From the NCBI GenBank assembly GCA_965235115.1, contig OZ249436.1:26228001-26292000 (forward strand): DNA of 64,000 nt, written 5' to 3'. Every line of letters starts with the position of its first letter. Positions within the stretch are counted from its first letter, which is position 1. The stretch is from Laetmonice hystrix. Taxonomy: Eukaryota. The notes under the pieces are model-generated. The model searched no databases. It saw only the letters and a program-made list of their open reading frames with translations, and had not been told where the DNA came from. The position numbers and the translations under genes are program-made. Shown one piece after another: positions 48,589 through 60,610 of this stretch.

Positions 48589-49647
48589 AGCAGGGGCCAC
48601 ACTGACGCAGACGAAATTTCCACGCGTGCGAGGGAATTTAAGGTCTTGTGCTACACCTCTCAAATCTCGTGCCAAATCTCGCCGCAGTAACCAATTGATG
48701 TATTGTATAAACACAAATCCATTAAAATGTATTTTAATAGTACTAAAGAACAAGTGTTTTTCAGTTTAAAAACGTGTAGATAACTATATGTCACCATGCT
48801 TATTTTTTTTGTAATAAGCCTGGGTTTATAGGAAATGTATGCCTGTGCAAAGCCTTGAATTTACCTTCAAGGGCCCCCAGATGAGTGTAGAAGCACTCAA
48901 AGTAGCCAAAACATGGATTTTCTATAGACATCCCACACAAAAGTTAGCATGGCGACATATGGATATTTATACATTTTTATAATCAGAAAAAGTTGTTCCT
49001 TCTATTAAAATACATAGTATAGATATGGGTTTGATTTAGTGTAGCACATGACCTTAATACATCCGCACAAGAATTTGCCAACCATTTTCGCCTGCGTGAA
49101 GGGGCGCAGAAGTAGCCCACACAGAACACGAATGATTTTTTAAGGCGGACGGAAATAGTGCCCACACTGATTGGTGGGAGTGACTTTATCCCGGTGTGTG
49201 TGGGTGTGGGGGGGGGGGGGGTTCAGTATCATGAGTATGCCCCTAGTGCCCTTTTCACTCCCCCAAGTGCCCTTTTCATATTTTTACAAAAGATTTTCTA
49301 ATTTTAAATGTCCCATTGTCTAGGCTTATAGGCCTATTATAGGCCTAAAGGCTGGTCTATATCACGTATTTGGCACTGTAATTTTCTTTTTCTTTCCGGG
49401 GGAGGGCCTCCAGGCCCCCATTCAATTTCATGGCTTCGCGACAAAATTTCCGTGCGCGACAGGCGGAAATATCTAATGTTTTAGATATTTAGATATGCCA
49501 CGCGATTCCGCATAGGTCCATATTTTTTTTTGAACATGACACAAACACACTGGTGCGGATGTAGGCTTCATGCGGAAGTGCAATTTCCGTGCACGGATAA
49601 ATTTTTTCCACCCGCCTAAGGATTTTCGCGTCTGTGTGGGCCCTGCT
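48589..49647. mobile_element. Harbinger-type MITE
   Basis: agcaggggccacac..gacgc / gcgtctgtgtgggccctgct, flanks CAA/TAA. Confidence 0.6.
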
Positions 49648-52570
49648 TAACGTGTGAGCTGGGAAGAGGGCCTGTCAAGTTAGCCAGGGTTGGCTGGCCA
49701 TGCCAAGGGCCTGGGAGGGGGGGGGGCGGGTCTGTTAAGATGGCCTGGGGAAGGGCCGGGAGGCTGGGGTTCCGTCAAGGTTGCCAGGGTTGGCTGGCCT
49801 GGGGAAAGGCCAGGGAGGCAGTGTGGGTATCTGCCAAGCTAGCCAGGGACAGGGTTGGCTGGCCAGGCTCAGGGTGGTGGTTGGGGGGGGGGGGTTGGCA
49901 AGCTAACCTGGGGTGCGTTTCTCATCTTTCGTTATGCTGTCGTGCGTTAAAATCCCCATTGAAAATGAAAATGAGTTAACGATAGGACAAGCTAACGACA
50001 TGAAGAGAAACGCCCCCCAGGGTAGGGTGGCCAGGCCCAGGGAAGAGCCGGCCAGGAAGGCGGGGGGGGGGGGTCTGCCAGAGTTGGCTGGCCACTGCCG
50101 CCAGGCCCAGGGCAAGGGCTGTCGCCAGGGAGGCGATGGGGGGAGGGGGAGGCGCCGCAGAGGTCCCACTGCCGCTTGTGCTGACACCACGTGTGAGTCA
50201 TGGATGACCAGGAGAATCCAAGGCAGGCAAAGACAGGCCAACCGTTCAACCCCCCCCCCCCCCAACCCAGACATCGTACTGCGGGAACAAACAGGCAGGG
50301 ACATCGTTAGGGGGAGAGGGTCTGCAAAGCTGGCTGTTAGTTGGCTGGTCATGGCAAGGCCCCGGGAGGGGGGGGGGTCTGCCAGGTTTGGCTGGCCAGG
50401 CCCCAGGACGGGCCGCCCAGCGACCAGAGTTCACTGGCTAGGCCTGGTTAGCTAGGCTAGCTGGTGGACTGGTTAGCTAGGTAACCCCACCCCCTCTGCC
50501 TCTGGCCATCCAGCTGGGGGTTCACTGGCCATCCAGTGGCCAGAGGCTAGAGGTATGCCAGGGTTGGTTGGCCAGCCCCAGAGCAAGGGCGAAGGGGCAA
50601 GGGGAGGAGCCGTGTCCGTGGCCAGGGAGGCCGATGGGGTGGGGTGGGGGTGGGGGGGGGGTACGGGGAGGCGCCGCAGCCCAGCTGGGGTCCCACTGCC
50701 ACTGGCGCTGACAGTGACGTGTGAGGGTCTGCAAAGCTGGCTGTTAGTTGGCTGGTCATGGCAAGCGCCCGGGGGGGGGGGGGAGAGGTCTGCCAGGGTT
50801 GGCTGGCCAGGCCCCGGGACGGGCCGCCCAGCAACCAGCGTTCACTGGCTAGGCCCAGGCTAAGGGCTGGCCAGGTAGGCCGGGGGGGGGGGGGAGGGGG
50901 GGGGTCTGCCAAGCTAACCAGGGTTGGCTGGCTAGGGCAAAGGCCCGGAGGGGGGGGGGGGTAACCGAAACCATACAGGGTTGGCCAGGAGCTACCAGGG
51001 TTGGCTGGCCAGTCCCAGGAAATATCCGGCCAGGGAGGCTGCGGGTGTGGGTGGGGTTACCTAGCTAACCAGGGTTGACTGGTTAGCTAGGTAACCCCAC
51101 TCTCTCTGGCCATCCAGTGGCCAGAGGCTAGAGCTAGAGGTATGCCAGGGTTGGTTGGCCAGCCCCAGAGCAAGGGCCAAGAGGCAAGGGGAGGAGCCAT
51201 GTTTGTGGCCAGGGAGGCCGGGGGGGGGGGGGGTACGGGGAGGCGCCGCAGCCCAGCTGGGGTCCCACTGCCACTGGCGCTAACAGCGACACTACGTGTG
51301 AGGGTCTGCAAAGCTGGCTGTTAGTTGGCTGGTCATGGCAAGCGCCCGGGGGGGGGGGGGGGGGGGGAGTCTGCCAGAGTTGACTGGCTAGGCCCAGGCC
51401 AAAGACTGGCCAGGTAGGCGGGGGGGGGGGGGGGTCTGCCAAGCTAACCAGGGTTGGCTGGCTAGGGCAAAGGCTATCAGGGTTGGCTGGCCAGTCCCAG
51501 GAAATATCCGGCCAGGGAGGCCGCGGGTGGGGGTGGGGGGGGGGTTACCTAGCTAACCAGGGTTGACTGGCGGCAGAATCCAACTTCCAATGTAGGCAAA
51601 GGCAGATCCAACCCCCACCCCATCTGGCCCAAGAGGAGAGGGTCTGCCAGGGTTGGCTGGCCAGGCCCAAGGCCATGGACTGGAGGCCCGGGGCCGCGGG
51701 GGGGGGGGGGGGGGGGGGGTAACGAGGGTTGGCTGGCCAGGTCCAGGAATTTGGAAATGGCCATCCAGTGGCCAGAGGCAGAGGTATGCCAGGGTTGGTT
51801 GGGGGTCCTTGGTTGGCCAGCCCCAGAGCAAGGGCCAAGGCCAGGGGCAAGGGGAGGAGCCGTGTCCGTGGACAGGGAGGCCGGGGGGGGGGGGGGTACG
51901 GGGGGGGAAGGCGCTGCAGCCCAGCAGGGGTCCCACTGCCACTGGTGCTGACAGTGACTACGTCAGTACGTGTACTGTGAGCCATGGTTGGCCGGCAGAA
52001 TCCGAAGCAGGCGAAGAGGGGTCCTTCCCCCGCTATCTGGCCTTCTGGTCACGGCTGTCGAGGCCCGTTTCGGGGCACGGGAGGCTGGGATGGGGTGCGG
52101 GGGCCGGGAGGGTGCGACTGTGACAGGCCCGGTCCGAGATTCTGGCCAGGATCGGGATGGATCGGTCAGTGACAGTCACACGCTGTCTTATAACAACGCC
52201 CTAGTCACATATTTAGTGGAACTATGGGGTAAATAAACACAACTGCCAACAAATAACTTGTAATCAATCCATAATTAACGGTTCAATCTTAAATTACCAC
52301 CGTAAATGCTCTTTTCCTCCGCTTGAAGGACGCACAATATCTTTCCATCGGAATCGAAACCTGAAAGCCTAAGTACGTTTAATAGGGCCATTCCCATTGG
52401 CCTATTGTTGAAAGGGAAAACACATTGCACCGGCTAAAATGGTCTTTCTGTATCCTCTCATTTGATTCGATCCAGCAACCAGCGGCCCTCACCTGCTGAG
52501 TTAGGCCGAACACCCGCCCGTTATGTGCAAGCTCTGCGCGCAAAGGGTCATGGGATCGAGGCTACTGCTG

Positions 52571-53312
52571 AGTTTATAGTTCGAACACAGCGCATGCGCA
52601 CGGAAGCCTCGTTTCGAAGTTGCGAGTAAACAAACCGTCTCCCTATCTATTTCTATGTTAAATACACGATTTTTGTGTCGGGATTACGTCTCTTCTCCAA
52701 ACAATATCTGTACAGCTAATGTTCGAATGTGTAAAACTTGTATTAGACTTGACAAAAAAACCGGTTTAAACCTCGACATTGGCGTAATAGTAAAGTTAAA
52801 CGGTTCGCTGGCGACACTGACTCGGCGGCCTCCCCAGGCCTGACGGCCGGCGTAGCGCTTGGCGGAGACGGTCTCCACACCGTTGGTTCTCAACTCATAC
52901 GGGATAGATATTGGGGGGCAGTCGGATGTTGATTGACACTTTATGCGCTGGATTGGAGGGGGAAGGGTCAGTTAAACCGGGTTTGGCCCCCAAATGCCCG
53001 CGTGCTGACGCACTGACAGTCTGCAAACGCTGCCGAAGCGTGCACTTTTCCGAGGGGCAGCTCACGCCCAGTTCGACAGCCTGTGGACGGAATTATCCAG
53101 GCCTAACACATTGTTTGACGCTCTGTGCATGTCGGCCTACCCTCCATGTGTCTAAGATCACAGCCAGAAAAATTTGTCACAACTTCGCGGTGATGGAATA
53201 GTGGCTTCTTTCAGCGGTAAAACCCCGTTGACAGTTATGCTAATGGCGCGCCGCTGGCTTTGTTTACTCGCAACTTCAAAACGAGGCTCCGATTCTGACG
53301 AACTATAAACTC
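52571..53312. mobile_element. TIR element in the GRWD1 promoter region
   Basis: gagtttatagttcg..gcctcgtttcgaagttgcgagtaaacaaa mirrored at 53258-53312. Confidence 0.7.
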
Positions 53313-53582
53313 GTGTATGGAGAATATTGTGTACAAAGCGTAGCGTACAAAGTGCTTTTAATGGTCGACCTGAAAGTTTGGACCTAATGATAAGCATGAC
53401 GACTTTAACGTTTGCACTTTCATAGCTGATTAAAGGAGCATATAAGGTCTATATTAAACGCAGAAGCTTGAAATTTCTGTTAATATAGATCTAGGCCTAT
53501 TACATGATTAGTAGCGTCTGTTCGTAAATCAAATCCTCCTCGTGAGACCTGAATTTAAACCCGCGGACACGTGCGGAGAAAG

Positions 53583-53793
53583 ATGGCAGATCATGTCGAG
53601 GAGATGGATGAGGAGAGGGAAGTGGTGGACGAGGAAGAGATGGACGAGGACAGCAGTGATACCAGTGACGAGGAGGGGGACAGCGGCGCCGGGTCTGAGC
53701 AGAGAGTGTTTATACCCGGCCAGGAGATGGAGGAGGGCGAGAAACTGGTCTGTGACGAGTCGGCTTACATCATGTACCACCAGGCACGAACCG
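53583..53793 (+). CDS. GRWD1: Glutamate-rich WD repeat protein 1, exon 1
   Basis: MADHVEEMDEE...RVFIPGQEMEEGEKLVCDESAYIMYHQARTG|gtgagc; matches the GRWD1/Rrb1 N-terminal (CAF1C_H4-binding-like) region; phase 1. Confidence 0.95.
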
Positions 53794-53821
53794 GTGAGCC
53801 GAGCGATACTGGCGATAGACA

Positions 53822-54104
53822 CAGGGGCGGATCCAGGATTTTGGAAAAGGGGGGGGGGGGGGGGGGCGGTTGGAATTAAAGGGGGGCCGAGCCCTGGTAG
53901 GGGGTCCGGGGGCATGCCCCCGGACAATTTTGAACATCTAGAGTCTCTGAAATGGCATTTCCTGAAATTTCCTGCATTCTGAGAAAGCAAAATGTTTGCT
54001 TTTAGTTTTACAGTTGCATTGCAAACAACAAAATTTTGCCTTTTTTCTGATTGGTACCCTGACGAAAGGGGGGCCCCCTCGGCCCCTCCCTGAATCCGCC
54101 CCTG
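53822..54104. mobile_element. CAGGGGCGGATCCAGG MITE, 28 bp into GRWD1 intron 1
   Basis: TIR caggggcggatccagg / cctgaatccgcccctg; AGACA on both flanks. Confidence 0.8.
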
Positions 54105-54694
54105 AGACATACGGTATCACGTCACTTGAGACATACAATACTAATAGCCATAGGCCTAGTTCTAGGCAGTGCATATTTAGTCGGCATTTGGCGGGGTCAT
54201 GTGATCTTATTGGATAAATTATCTATGCTCAAAGAACGTCACATAACAAGAAGGGACAGCCCATCGAGCGCCTATTGTAACGTCATGGGGAGCTGGCCCC
54301 CTGGCGGTCAGTGGTATTCGCATCATAAATAAAAACCTAGAACCCTTATTATCGCCCGCCTGGCTGGTAGCACTGCATTGATACTCTACTCGAGGCACGC
54401 CAGTTTGACTTAGGCCGTTAGGGCGCAGCCGCTAGACAGTCACTTCCAATTCCATTTCATAGTGATTCTCCTTTTGCGTCTTTCGCTTGAACTCCAAATC
54501 ATTAAATTTATTGCCATGAATGATTATACGCCCCGTCTCAACCCAGGCCAGGCGGGTACTGACAAACTGAGTAGACGAGTAGATTTAGGCAGTTTAACGT
54601 TAGACCTACTAACGCTAGACCTCTAGTAGTAGATATCTAGAAGTAAGTAGGTTTTAATCCCTTGTTTAAAAGTGAGAGAGAGGTCGAGGCCCCC

Positions 54695-55715
54695 TCAAGA
54701 TAGGACCATAATTACTATTGAACACAAACAGGAAGTCATATGCAGGGTTGTTAAAAATCATGATTTAAATCGATTTTTTTTATTTAAATCAGATTTTTTT
54801 TGCTGGTCGATATTAATGCCTAGGTGGATTTAAATGATATCATAGAAAAAACAATACAAACAATAACTTTGCCACATCCCCTGCATAATTTGGCCATACA
54901 TCCAGTTCTACCAGGGTGAACCTCTTTCTCAAAGTACAACCAAAACACAGTCTTGTTTCCTTCCAGGCATGATGTTGTGTGTTGGGCGCCTCCTAAGCAA
55001 CTGGCAGATCCCAGCTTCCCCCTCTCCTCAGTCCTCCCAACCCCCCCCCCCCCCTCTCTCCCCAGAAGACAAGGGCTTATGGAGTAGTTCTAAGCCAACA
55101 GCAACTCTGACTAGTGGGAGCCAGCCTGACATGGTCCAGCGCACTGGTCATCTTGTAAAAACATGCACCTGTGACCTGGATTTAGTGTTTCAACAGTCTG
55201 TTGTATTGTTTAGTAACAACAATGCTATTAAATATGGACTTACACAAATTTAGAAGTAGAATATAACGTGGTTGACCCTTGCGGTGATTTCTTGAAAATT
55301 CAAAAAAATCATGTTGTGATTTTTTTGATTTTTTTGACTTGATTTTAATCATGATTTAAATCATTGATTTAAATCATTGATTTAAATCAAATGATTTAAA
55401 TCAAACAACCCTGGTCATATGCCATTTTATTCGAAGCCAAGTTTGATGAAGTAGTGTGACGTATGACGTAATAATGACATCATCAATATTTTCTAATGCC
55501 TTTAACTCCTAACTGGTTGGAGATAAAGCCATGGTTACTATTGAACACGAATAGGAAGTTATACATGCTCTTTCAATTGACACCAACATTTATAAACGTG
55601 ATAATGACCTTACTACGTCATAGGGACATGCCCCCCAAGGGATGGGATCCATCGCGGTTTTATCCACGACAGGTTTAGTTATCCCTTCCCCCTTAAACGG
55701 TGGGAGATAAAGCCA
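54695..55715 (+). mobile_element. Partial Helentron-type element (3' end), same family as 60611-62665, interrupted by a hAT element
   Basis: Two 146-bp units plus 3' subTIR gggatgggat and hairpin tcgcgg..ccacga..tagtt, followed directly by a 5'-end motif atcccttcccct. Confidence 0.7.
54743..55413 (+). mobile_element. hAT element (deleted) with dimerisation-domain remnant
   Basis: TIR cagggttgtt / aacaaccctg, exact 8-bp TSD GTCATATG, gatttaaatc subterminal repeats, QIPAS..WS..QR.GHLVK remnant. Confidence 0.85.
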
Positions 55716-55911
55716 TATGTATCCACCAGCATTTTTCTTTCTAGCAATGCCAGATTGATCAAATTGGCGATATCCACAAGTGACATCTTCTCCCAAGGGC
55801 CAAAATATATATGGGGAATATTTTTAATGAACACTCACTGACTCAGTGCAACCGTGTTCCTTTTACTTCTTCAGAATATTGTTGTTAGAGTTACAGCCTT
55901 GCCAAATTTTC

Positions 55912-56286
55912 CAGGGCTTGTCCTTTAAGGCGCGCAATTGCGCGCGCGCGCCATGGCGCACCTAAAATGGGACAGAGGAGCGCAAAAAAACGTGCACCTT
56001 GCAAAAATAAAACTTGAAAATTCGCGCGCCTCGGACTACTTGTAATGTATATAATACTAATGTGCTTGTACCCTGGCAGTAACCATGTGCCTATGGTTGA
56101 TCATTAACAGAAGGTAAGACGGATGGGATGTGTGATGGTTGCGAGGATACACACTATTACACCTCATCTGACCCAAGAATAAATTGTGCGCCTACCACAT
56201 TTTAGGTGCACAAAAAAAATGCGCGCCTACCTCTTTCAAGGTGCACAAAATTTTGTGCACCTGCTTTTTTCAAAGGACAAGCCCTG
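55912..56286. mobile_element. hAT-like MITE
   Basis: TIR cagggcttgtccttt / aaaggacaagccctg; attttc on both flanks. Confidence 0.75.
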
Positions 56287-56480
56287 ATTTTCCCCTTCAT
56301 TCCTTTCATCTTAGTCATTTCTGTGCTGGTAAAATATTACCATAAACTTTGGACTCACATTCACACATCTGTACCGAATGTATCTCCATCAAGAAATATT
56401 ACACCAGTGGACATTCTGTTGACGATGCATTAGGCCAGGACAGAGACAGCTAATATAAAACAGGTGGAAGGCATGATTAA

Positions 56481-58494
56481 AGGGACATGTTAGAATGTAC
56501 CTAATTGCTGAATTCAGACATATATTTACCTTGCATGTGTCCCAGGGTGGTCACTAAGTACTTACATAAATTTGTGACATCCGACTTAAGGGCGAGGGAT
56601 ACCGTAAAATTTCAGTAGTAAACTTTGACATTTTTTGAGTTTTTTCAATTTATTTTTTTCAGATTTTGTATTTTTGCCGAGGTGATTGCATATATTTTTC
56701 ATCATAAAATCCCACCTTTTTCAATAACAGGAGAAAACTGGTAGTAAATGTTATATTTTTTTGCCTAAAATTAAAGACAATGACCAACTCTCATCAAATC
56801 AGTAAAAAAAAATATACCATTCCAGGGTAATTTTTTTGGTTGGACCCCTTTTTTGTAGGAAATTTACCCGTTTTTACACCAAATTCGTTTTTTTTGCTCC
56901 TACAAACTAATTAGTGGTGAATGTATTTATACAGTTTTGGCCTATAATTAAAGATAATGACCATTTTCATCAAAATAAACTAAGAAATCTATGTCATTTC
57001 AGATATAAACGTGTCCCTGTGACCACCTTTTATATTGAAAAGGGCCCCAAATCACCCCCCGCCCTCCCATGGCAGGTCACACTGTGCCAGTGGTACAGGC
57101 ACAGGCATGTCGGCTACTATTGTGACGTTAGAAATTAGGCCCTATTGTTAAGTAGTTCCAAAAGTATTGTGACGTCACAGTATCTGAGTGATGACAATAG
57201 GACTATTCTGTCAAATATCATAGTCATTCTACTCAGATTCACTCAGCTGATTGACTCCTGAAGTTGAGTCTAACAGAAACCCAAATAAGCCACTCAACTC
57301 CACTCGACTTAGCTGAGTGTGTTGAGTGGAGTGAAACTTGAGTGTAAGAGAAACCGGGCCCTGGCAGATGGAGACACTGGATTTCACTCTGACTACTTCC
57401 GGCGATACTGCGCTTGCGCGTCGCTTGCGCTTTGTATCTCTGACACCACCTCCCTCTTCATGTGCAGATCTTGCACATAGCCGGAAGTGAGCCTAAACAC
57501 TCTGACATAAGATCAATGCGCTTGTTGTTTTCCGATATTGAACAAAAAAGACTTGTTAATCACTTCCTTGCATTCATCATTAGTTGTCCGATATTATTTG
57601 ACAGTTTGTAGATGTTGGTAGCCTTATAGGTGGGAGAAGCGAATGTTTTCCCGAAGGAATTTAGTTCTACGCGTAATATTACAACCTGTGCATTTGTTGA
57701 CAACGGGCACGCCACATTGTGACGTCACTAAGGGCGAACGTCACAATCACGAGTCACATGGGGAGGTGGAGGCAGAGTCATTGAATGAAGAGAGATGGCG
57801 CTGCGGTAGGAGAATGACTGGATTTGTGACTGTAGTTCTTGTCTGTGCCACTGGGGCGCCACTGTAGGCCTACTATGCGCGTAAACCTGCGCAGTGGTCT
57901 GATTTGCTTCGGTCCTCCTCCCCCTTATCCATATCGCATGCAGTGATTCTAAATCTATGCATTCGTCGCGCATATCTAAGTAGGTTCTAGGTCAGGGTAC
58001 TCGCATCTCCTCTGAGTGACAGTGTCTGGCACCGCCCCCTATACAACTACATCGAGTGGCAAATGAACCCAACTGAAACAAATTCAAAGGCCTAACCCCC
58101 GACCCGCTGGTCCATCCGAGCAAGCTGAGGTAGACAGGCCGGTCAACAAACCCCTGTCCCTTTGCCTGCTCACTACACTAGTCTAAAGCCTGGGGAAGCA
58201 ATGGGAAGCGGCGGCTGCCATAACTGTTCTCGGAGCCGTTTCAGTTCAAAACAAACCTGACGCGCATGCGCAGTGTTCAGTCTAGGTATCACGTCAGTAA
58301 AAATATGCTACGTGCCTTCAGTGGGCAGGCCCTTTGAGACAAGGAGCCGAGAAAAATTTTTTGAATCTTGTGGAAATCGCTGCTTATACGTCTCTAGGGT
58401 AGTGCGAATGGTTTTTAATGTGTCTAAACTATCTAGAAACAAGCAATTCTCTTTGGAAAAGCCACTTTTGGGGTTTTGGTTCTAACATGCCCCT
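56481..58494. mobile_element. Kolobok-type non-autonomous element in GRWD1 intron 1
   Basis: TTAA TSD; TIR aggg(a/g)catgttagaa. Confidence 0.8.
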
Positions 58495-59515
58495 TTAACT
58501 GTGGCTAACAAAAATGAATGTGGCAATAGAATCAATAGAGATTTAAGGTCAAATTTACTAAGTACATGTATGTAACCAGGTCTGAGAAAGCCCCATTTAT
58601 TTGCATATCATAAACAAACCTTTGGATGTAGCCGCAGCAGACTGAGCTACTGCAAACCCTTTCTTTGAGCAAGTATTCTTAGAAAAATGTTTCAAACATT
58701 AATCCTAGCAAAGTTAGGGCCCAACCTTCAGCCCATCAACCATGCTGAAGCAGTGAAGGGGCTAGTAATATGATGTAGGTGCTACCTAGAGGGCGAGCGC
58801 AGCGACGGGAGGCCTACATTATACTATAGATCTAACAATATACAATGTCAGGACTGGTCACTTAGCAGCACGGACGTCGGGATATTGTGGCGTCACAGTG
58901 AACAAACACTCGTGCGACTGTTCACTGTGACGTCACAAATCGAACACGCTCTGCAAGGGTCACATGACCCTCCATGGATTTCTCCATGGATTTGCTCCAT
59001 GGTTTTTCCGGTTCCGGTTTTACGTGACGAAATTTTTTGGTGAGACGGTATGTGTCACCTTGGCTACCGTTTCACACGTGTTGTCATAGAGCTCGCTTGC
59101 GCTCGCTATTACTTAGATCAGCACCAGCCAAGCCATGTTGTTCAATATCATCGATTCCCCTCCCACAAGGCCTCACTGTAGGCAAAAGTCCTATTTGTTG
59201 AAGTCGAAGTACACAGATCTGTTGGGTATACTAGTCAGTCGGGTCTCCGCCAACCTACCCCCCCCCCCCCCCCCCCGATCCAACCTGTTACACAATGACT
59301 TGTGCTCAAATCGTCACCATTGCATTGAGGCGAGGCATCATCCGATGTAAGATGCATATTTTTGTCTGGCACCTAAATTTATTATACTATAGTGGTGTTA
59401 TGCACCTTAATAGGCAGCCAGCCACTAATATTAACTTTACTTCACCGTCTACATTTTTTAGAGTTACCTTCTATTTTGGACTGTTATCGACAACTTTTTT
59501 CTGTCTTTTATTCAG

Positions 59516-59793
59516 GGGCACCTTGTTTGAGTTTTGATGTCCTGCCAGACAGCCTTGGGGACACAAGGGAAGTGTTTCCACTTTCCATGTACATCGTGGC
59601 AGGAACACAGGGACAGCGTGCCCATGCAAACCACATCATTGTCATGAAAATGGCCAACCTACACCGAAACAAGGAGGACAAAGAGGATGATGAAGAGGAT
59701 GATGACGATGATGATAGTGATGAGGATGAGGACAAAAAAGCTGAGTTAGAAACGGCAATGATAAAACACACAGGATCCGTGAACAGAATACGG
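59516..59793 (+). CDS. GRWD1: GRWD1 exon 2
   Basis: ttattcag|GG GCA: APCLSFDVLPDSLGDTREVFPLSMYIVAGTQ...acidic tract...HTGSVNRIR|gtcagt. Confidence 0.96.
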
Positions 59794-60076
59794 GTCAGTT
59801 TTAAATACATTTTTCAGTTACGGCACTAAACTATACGTAGTAGTAAACGTTCCAATCCAAGTTTTATTAGCTTAAAGTAATATCCTAATCCCAAATTTTC
59901 TCCAGTATCACCCTGGTTCTGTCTTATCCTAACTGCACAGAAACATGTAATCTTACCAGATTTACCAATTAATATAAAAGTTTCATGCTGAATGAACATT
60001 TGAATGATTTTCTGTACTGGTAGTTAACCATGTATGAACCCATGACTCCTCAAACGTAAGTGATTCTTGATTGTAG

Positions 60077-60287
60077 TCTACAACGTTGGGAGGAAGGCAA
60101 GTGGTCGCCACGTGGTCTGAGCTTGGTAAAGTCCACGTGTGGGATCTGTCGCGGCCTCTTCATGCTGTCAACGACTCTGCTGTCATGGCGACATATACAC
60201 GCAATGAGGAATCTCCAGCACCCTTGTACACATTTACAGGACACCAGACGGAGGGGTTTGCATTGGATTGGTCCCCAGTCACACAAG
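60077..60287 (+). CDS. GRWD1: GRWD1 exon 3 (gene continues beyond the window)
   Basis: gattgtag|STTLGGRQVVATWSELGKVHVWDL...PLYTFTGHQTEGFALDWSPVTQG|gttagc; WD40 repeat. Confidence 0.95.
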
Positions 60288-60610
60288 GTTAGCAGTCATT
60301 CGTTGGTCGGTAGTGGTGCAGAGCAGACCATTGCTGGGGTGTATGTTGTGAGGAGTAAAACAGGCAGTTGTGGAATCAAGAGTGTTGTCATGTGGGTCTC
60401 ATCAGATCAATGAGATGTAACAGTGTTCCCATGGTCATGGAAAATGGCCTGGAAAAGTCATGGAAAATAGAAAAACGAGGGAAAGTCATAAAAAAGTCAT
60501 GGAATTTGAGATTCCTCTTGAAACTACATTTTTGTTTCTGTTAGGTCTAAATTGTAAAGTTCCATGCTATAGTAGTGGACAATCCTTGGATTTTAGTTTA
60601 TTTTCTTAAT

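Larger units (their letters stand above)
42200..52200 (+). repeat. G-rich composite repeat domain built on ccagggttggctggccag / gggtcagtc motifs
   Basis: Strong plus-strand G skew, many poly-G runs, internal duplications (42340/42790; 43065/44120; 50317/50724/51300). Confidence 0.75.

Noticed and set aside
53529..54110. 193-aa minus-strand ORF
   Set aside because: Antisense shadow of acidic GRWD1 exon 1 plus a MITE; no independent coding signal.
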